Positions 59,203-64,000 of a DNA stretch of 64,000 nt are shown piece by piece. Within the stretch, counting starts at the first letter, position 1, and every line of letters starts with the position of its first letter. The DNA comes from Candidatus Marinacidobacterales bacterium (GTDB lineage Bacteria > Acidobacteriota > Vicinamibacteria > Marinacidobacterales > DATDRI01), in assembly GCA_965226495.1 (NCBI GenBank), contig OZ245365.1, positions 2,560,001 to 2,624,000 on the forward strand, read 5' to 3'. Position numbers and translations under genes: made by a program. The notes beneath the pieces were generated by a model. That model did no database searches. It was not told the DNA's origin and worked only from the letters and a program-made list of their open reading frames with translations.

Positions 59203-60375
59203 TCATTCGGCCTTCACGATCAGGTGCTCGATCTCTTTCAACGCAGCAATGAGAAATTCGATGTCCTCCGGCGTGTTGTAGTAGTGGAAAGCGGCGCGGA
59301 TGTTCCCTTCGCGGCCGGTGATGACGATGTCCCGCTTGCCGAGCTCACCCAATACGGCCGGCAAATCGTGACACGAAACAGAAACATGGGGCCCTCGTTT
59401 TGCCGGGTCACGGGGTGTCGCCACGAAGAAACCTTCCTCAGTACAGCGATCGATGAAGTGCGCGGTTAGCGCCTCAATCCAAGGACCTATCTTGTCTAGG
59501 CCAACCGACTTGATGAGCTCGATGCCTGCCAGACTATCGAATATCGCAGGGAACGCCGCGGAGCCCATCTGAAAACGGCGCGCGTCGGGCGCCTCTTTGT
59601 TTCGTTCGATTTGAAAATCGTTGAAGTCTTCCTGTCCGAACCATCCCGTGGCTGCGGGGTGCAGGCGGTCGAAGAGTCCCTCGCGCACGTAGAGTAGCGC
59701 CAGACCTGGTGAGCCGAACAAATATTTGACCGTACCGGTCATCAGAATATCGGCACCCATCTCTTGAACGTCGATGGGCCGGGTCCCACAACATTGGTAG
59801 TCGTCCACCACGAACAGGATGTCGTGCGCACGGCACTTTTCCGCGACCGCCTGCAGATTCAACCGATGGGCGGTGTTGTAGTAGACGTGCGACACCGTCA
59901 GAAGCTGGACCTTCTCATCGAGGATGTCGTCGAAGGCTTCCGGGGGCAGTTCTCCGTTCCGCGACCGCGCCCGCCTCACCTCGACTCCGCGTGCTTGGTA
60001 GGCCAGCCACAAGTACACCACCGACGGGAAGCTGAACTCGTCGAACGCGACCGCTGGGCGATCTCGCCAATCGAAACAAGACGCCAGTCCCCCCATCGCG
60101 GCCGTCACCGACGGAACGATGGCGATCTCGGACATCTTTGCGCCGATCATGTCGGCGAACGACGCGCGTAGCTCCTCGTGCTTCGCGGCCCATTTTGCCC
60201 AGGGAGCCCCCTCCTGGTCCCAAGCGTCCATGTACTCCTGCACCGACTTCATTCCGTCCCGGCTGAGCGCGCTTCGTGAGTTGTTGGCAAGATGGACCTT
60301 GTGCGCCAAGATCGGGAACTCTTTACGAAAAGTGAGGACTTCCTGGGGGGCGGTCACCACCGTGCTTTCGGGCAT
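59203..60375 (-). CDS. Class V PLP enzyme (kynureninase/desulfurase-like)
   Basis: FRKEFP, VDDYQ, GTVKYLFGSPG, GWFG, FHYYNT. Confidence 0.88.
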   Translation of the reverse strand: MPESTVVTAPQEVLTFRKEFPILAHKVHLANNSRSALSRDGMKSVQEYMDAWDQEGAPWAKWAAKHEELRASFADMIGAKMSEIAIVPSVTAAMGGLASCFDWRDRPAVAFDEFSFPSVVYLWLAYQARGVEVRRARSRNGELPPEAFDDILDEKVQLLTVSHVYYNTAHRLNLQAVAEKCRAHDILFVVDDYQCCGTRPIDVQEMGADILMTGTVKYLFGSPGLALLYVREGLFDRLHPAATGWFGQEDFNDFQIERNKEAPDARRFQMGSAAFPAIFDSLAGIELIKSVGLDKIGPWIEALTAHFIDRCTEEGFFVATPRDPAKRGPHVSVSCHDLPAVLGELGKRDIVITGREGNIRAAFHYYNTPEDIEFLIAALKEIEHLIVKAE

Positions 60376-60458
60376 TCTCTCTCCTTGAAATTCGCGAACA
60401 TCACGGAATCGCCGTCATTGTAGACCAAGGTGTGAGCGCCCACCAATGAAGGCCGGGA

Positions 60459-62300
60459 TCACAAAGTGGTGAGACCCACACGGCGCGCCAGCTCGGAGAA
60501 TCGAGGATCGTTCTTTATTGGCGCCAGCCGCCAGTCGATGTTCATGCGTGACGTCACGAAGATCCGTTCGGCATAAGCTTCCTCTAGCGCGGCAAATGCT
60601 AGCTCCGTCTCTCCGAGCGAGGCGTGGATTGCTGCGACATGATACGGAGATAAATATTGGCGCGGCGCCTCCCGCTGAAGCTCCTCAAAAATGGCCCGTG
60701 CTTCCGCGGTTGCTCCGCTCTGTGCTCGAACGCAAGCGAGCGAGGTGCGATCTCCGGCTGCCTCGAAGAGATCGGCGGCTCTCCCCCAGTCACCCACCGC
60801 CATCAGAGTGTCCCCTAGACTTATCCGGGCTTGGTCGAAATCCGCAGCCAGCTCGAGCGTCTTCTCCAAATGGGCGACCGCTTCCTCGAGGCGACCGGCA
60901 TGATGAAGGGAATCTCCGAGAACCACGTTCGTCATCAGCCCGGTCGGATCGAGCTCCCAGGCCTTTCGGCGCAAAGCCAGGCTCTCCTCGAAGCGGCCGT
61001 GCGATTCAAGTAAAAAGCCGTACCACATATAAGAGATTGGAAAGTTCGGGTTCAGTTCAATCGCCCTCTGATAGGCTCCCTCTTCACCCTCCCAGTTCCA
61101 GTCAGCGCCGTGTAATAGCCCGACCGCCGTGTGGACCTCGGCCAAGGAGTCGTCGAGCTCGAGAGCGCGCAGCACCGCCGCCTTCATCTTTCGGGTGCCC
61201 TCAGCGGAGTCGATGTCCCCCCAAGTGACGAGCGGCGCGTAAGCGTAGGCGATGCCGGCGTAGGCCAGAGCGAACTTCGGATCAAGCTCTGTAGCTCGTT
61301 CGAAGGCGGCGACCGCCTTCAGTAGAGGTTCGGGGCTCCTCTGCTCAAAGAAGTAACGACCGCGCATGTACTGCTCGTAGGCCTCGAAGCTGGGCGTCGG
61401 CTGTTTCGCAAGCCGTGCACTTTCTTCGCTAGTCAGCCGGAGTGAGAGCTTGGCAGCCACCTGTTCAGAAACTCGATCCTGAAGCTCAAAGAGGTCGTTT
61501 ACCTCCTCCTCCTCGAGCACCTCCGCCCACAAGGACTGCTCGTCTTGGACTCGCAGGAGCCGGAGGCTCACCCGCACACGATCGCCCTCTCGCTGCAGAG
61601 TACCCTCTAGCACGTGGTCAACACCAAGCTTGCGCCCGAACTCGATCGAATCGGCGCTTTCCCCAGGGTAGCCGACGACCGCGCTCGTCGGGCGCACGGT
61701 CAGGCTCGAGACGTTGCTCAGCTTGGTGATCAACGTATCCGCCATGCCCAACCCTAGTGGAGCGGCATCTTCGCTAGGATCGAGGTATTGGAACGGCAAG
61801 ATAGCGAGGGAAGGTTTGCTGGGCGCCGGGTCGAAGTCGCTCGCCGGGACCGGTTCTGGAGACGGTGAGAGATGGAACCCAACAAAACCGATTACCATGA
61901 GTGCGGCCACGCCGACCGCGATCCGTTTGCCCCGGCCCGTCTCAGTAACCCCCGGAAGGGCCGCCTCGGTTGAAATCGGCTTGTCGAGAGAACCCACAAA
62001 CCGATAACCGTGGCGTGGGATGGTCTCGATGAATTGGGGTTTCGAGGGGGAGTCGCCAAAGGCGTTCCGCAATTTCAGGATCGCTTTATTGAGACTCGTG
62101 TCGTAGTCGATATGGACATCATCCGGCCATAAACGCTCGCGGAGTTGCTCACGGCTCACGAGCTCACCGGGCCGCTCCACAAGTACAGCGAGCACCTGCA
62201 GTGGCTGGTCCTGGAGTTTGCTCCGGGTGACGCCGCCCTTTTTGACGTCGCCGGACTCTAAATCAATTTCGAAACCCTGGAAACGAATGACGGTCGGCAC
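60459..62300 (-). CDS. CadC/OmpR-type wHTH regulator with TM, TolB-like and TPR domains
   Basis: GTG start after GAGGAGG; LQDQPLQVL, IETIPRHGYRF, SLAILPF, TPR repeats. Confidence 0.9.
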   Translation of the reverse strand: MPTVIRFQGFEIDLESGDVKKGGVTRSKLQDQPLQVLAVLVERPGELVSREQLRERLWPDDVHIDYDTSLNKAILKLRNAFGDSPSKPQFIETIPRHGYRFVGSLDKPISTEAALPGVTETGRGKRIAVGVAALMVIGFVGFHLSPSPEPVPASDFDPAPSKPSLAILPFQYLDPSEDAAPLGLGMADTLITKLSNVSSLTVRPTSAVVGYPGESADSIEFGRKLGVDHVLEGTLQREGDRVRVSLRLLRVQDEQSLWAEVLEEEEVNDLFELQDRVSEQVAAKLSLRLTSEESARLAKQPTPSFEAYEQYMRGRYFFEQRSPEPLLKAVAAFERATELDPKFALAYAGIAYAYAPLVTWGDIDSAEGTRKMKAAVLRALELDDSLAEVHTAVGLLHGADWNWEGEEGAYQRAIELNPNFPISYMWYGFLLESHGRFEESLALRRKAWELDPTGLMTNVVLGDSLHHAGRLEEAVAHLEKTLELAADFDQARISLGDTLMAVGDWGRAADLFEAAGDRTSLACVRAQSGATAEARAIFEELQREAPRQYLSPYHVAAIHASLGETELAFAALEEAYAERIFVTSRMNIDWRLAPIKNDPRFSELARRVGLTTL

Positions 62301-62415
62301 GAGCCGCCTCCTCGCGGATGGACGAAAACCCCGCGCGGAGCCTATCACGCGATGATAGGCGGCGGGAAATGGCCGCCGGCTAGAGAACACCGCGGGCAAC
62401 TCCCTTCTCGCACAA

Positions 62416-62677
62416 TCACTTACTAGGGAAGAAATATTCCATAAACAAGGAATGGCCGAACCATGGAACGGATTGGGACCCCATCGTAACGTGCCCTCGT
62501 GATGATGGGACCCTCTCCAGCAACCAGGCATGAATCATCCAGAGTTCTGACCGATCTCTAACCCAAAAACGAAAGTCATAAATAATGTCATCGCGATACT
62601 TCTTGGCCGCTTTCTTGCTCAGACTACTGGCGGATTTCAGCACTTCTGCCCGCCGCAGGAATTGGGTGATGTCTTAA
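62416..62677 (-). pseudogene. 3' remnant of a lower-GC gene truncated at the IS boundary
   Basis: Open frame runs up to the IS left end; AT-richer than its flanks. Confidence 0.4.
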
Positions 62678-64000
62678 GATTCCTGTCAAAGAAAAACGAT
62701 GTATGGTTCCCCAAGCTCAAACCCGTCCCCGTCATGGGGACAGAAAAGGAGAACCATACATCATGGGAAAGGTACTACCGAGTCAGCGATTGCTCAAGCA
62801 GTTCGAGGAACAACTGGTATTTGGGGAGATGAATCTCTCGGAGATCGTCCGGTCGGGAGCTCAGATGATGCTTCAATATGCGTTGGAGCGCGAGGTGACG
62901 GAGGCGTTGGGTCGAAACTACTATGAGAACGCTCCGGCAACGACGAAGGAGAAGGGACGACGCAACGGGTATGAGTCGCATCGGGTCCTCACGGGCGAGG
63001 GAGCGGTAACGGTGCAAGTGCCGCAGGTACGAGAAACAGAGAAGGTGTTTCAGTCAAAGATTCTCGACGCCTACGTGAGCCGGACCGAGAAACTCGATGA
63101 ACTGATCGCGCGGATGTACGTCCACGGGATGTCGACGCGTGACATTGAGGCGACGTTCGCGGACGTGCTGAGCGGCACGGGTGTCTCGAAGTCGGTGGTG
63201 AGCCGGGTCACACGGTGTCTGTCGGAGGATTTCGAGGCGTTTCGAAAACGGGATCTCTCGAACGAGAAGCTGTTGTATCTCGAGCTCGACGGCACGTACC
63301 TGCGCTACCACCAAGGAGCGGAGAGGAAAGAGCCCATCCTCGTTGCGACCGGCTATCGCGCTGATGGGACGCGAGTTCTTCTTCATATCGGTGTCGGCAA
63401 CCGAGAATCCTACGAGAACTGGAAGGGGTTCTTGCAGGAGATGGTGGCCCGAGGAATGAGGGAGCCGTTGCTCATCGTGACGGACGGGAATCCTGGAGTG
63501 CTCAAAGCGATCGCAGAGGTCTTCCCTCGAAGCCTCAAGCAACGTTGCCAGAAGCACCGCCTCGAGAACATCCTGGGCAAGGCTCCGAAGGAAGTGCGCG
63601 ACGAACTCAAGGCGGCCATCCTTGAGTCGTTCCATGCGAACAGCTACGAGCAAGGGCTGAAGAAGGGTCGGGAGGTGATCGCTCGGTACCGTCAACGATT
63701 CCCGAGCGCGATGAAGTGCATGGAAGAGACCCTCGAAGCGTGTCTTCAGGCGCTACGCCTTCCTGCGGCGCATCACAAAAGGCTTCGCACGTCGAATCTA
63801 CTTGAGCGCACGTTCGGAGAGCACAAACGTCGCACAAAGGTCATTCCTCACTTCTTCACCGAGGAGGCCGCGATGAAACTCTCGTTCGCTGTGCTCTTGG
63901 CCGTCGCAAACAAATGGCGCGGCGTGAGGATGGATGTCTTCGCCGCTAGGAAAGTCGAGGAGCTTCGCAACGAGCTTCTCCCGCAAGGCACGTCGAAGGA
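62678..64000 (+). mobile_element. IS256-family insertion sequence (right end outside window)
   Basis: Putative left IR GATTCCTGTCAAAGAAAAAC at about 62678, followed by the transposase. Confidence 0.85.
62763..64000 (+). CDS. IS256-family transposase (runs off the window; absent from ORF track)
   Basis: Manual translation: RRNGY, MYVHGMSTRDI, LELDGTY, IVTDGNPG, QRCQKH, RTSNLLER. Confidence 0.93.
   Translation, partial: MGKVLPSQRLLKQFEEQLVFGEMNLSEIVRSGAQMMLQYALEREVTEALGRNYYENAPATTKEKGRRNGYESHRVLTGEGAVTVQVPQVRETEKVFQSKILDAYVSRTEKLDELIARMYVHGMSTRDIEATFADVLSGTGVSKSVVSRVTRCLSEDFEAFRKRDLSNEKLLYLELDGTYLRYHQGAERKEPILVATGYRADGTRVLLHIGVGNRESYENWKGFLQEMVARGMREPLLIVTDGNPGVLKAIAEVFPRSLKQRCQKHRLENILGKAPKEVRDELKAAILESFHANSYEQGLKKGREVIARYRQRFPSAMKCMEETLEACLQALRLPAAHHKRLRTSNLLERTFGEHKRRTKVIPHFFTEEAAMKLSFAVLLAVANKWRGVRMDVFAARKVEELRNELLPQGTSK

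Noticed and set aside
63054-63986. Minus-strand ORFs in the IS region
   Set aside because: Antisense to the IS256 transposase.

Overview
GC-rich bacterial chromosomal window. The gene repertoire (Ser/Thr kinase-TolB-TPR, wHTH-TolB-TPR, PQQ-like propellers, GC-rich REP-like repeats) suggests Acidobacteriota/Vicinamibacteria; this is inference only. From left to right: (1) an operon of exported enzymes (multicopper oxidase, Vps62/NPP1-like protein, FAD aldonolactone-oxidase-like enzyme, MBL lipoprotein) divergent from a PQQ dehydrogenase; (2) a stress/proteostasis region with a lidless atypical DnaK divergent from a single-AAA Clp-like ATPase, bacilliredoxin, groES-groEL without CIRCE, a collapsed cyclic beta-1,2-glucan synthase, an XRE regulator, an SPFH protein and a cold-shock protein; (3) a patchwork of small genes and many gene remnants; (4) an amine/amide catabolic cluster with REP-like repeats; (5) a ~350-nt densely structured, apparently non-coding transcription unit (44.8-45.15 kb) with its own promoter and terminator, which is the best novelty candidate; (6) hemW-lepA, a kinase, an amidase, a RelE/RHH toxin-antitoxin pair, RidA, kynurenine-pathway-like genes, and an IS256 element running off the right edge. 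I found no rRNA, tRNA or CRISPR array. All family calls come from motif recognition by eye, not database searches.
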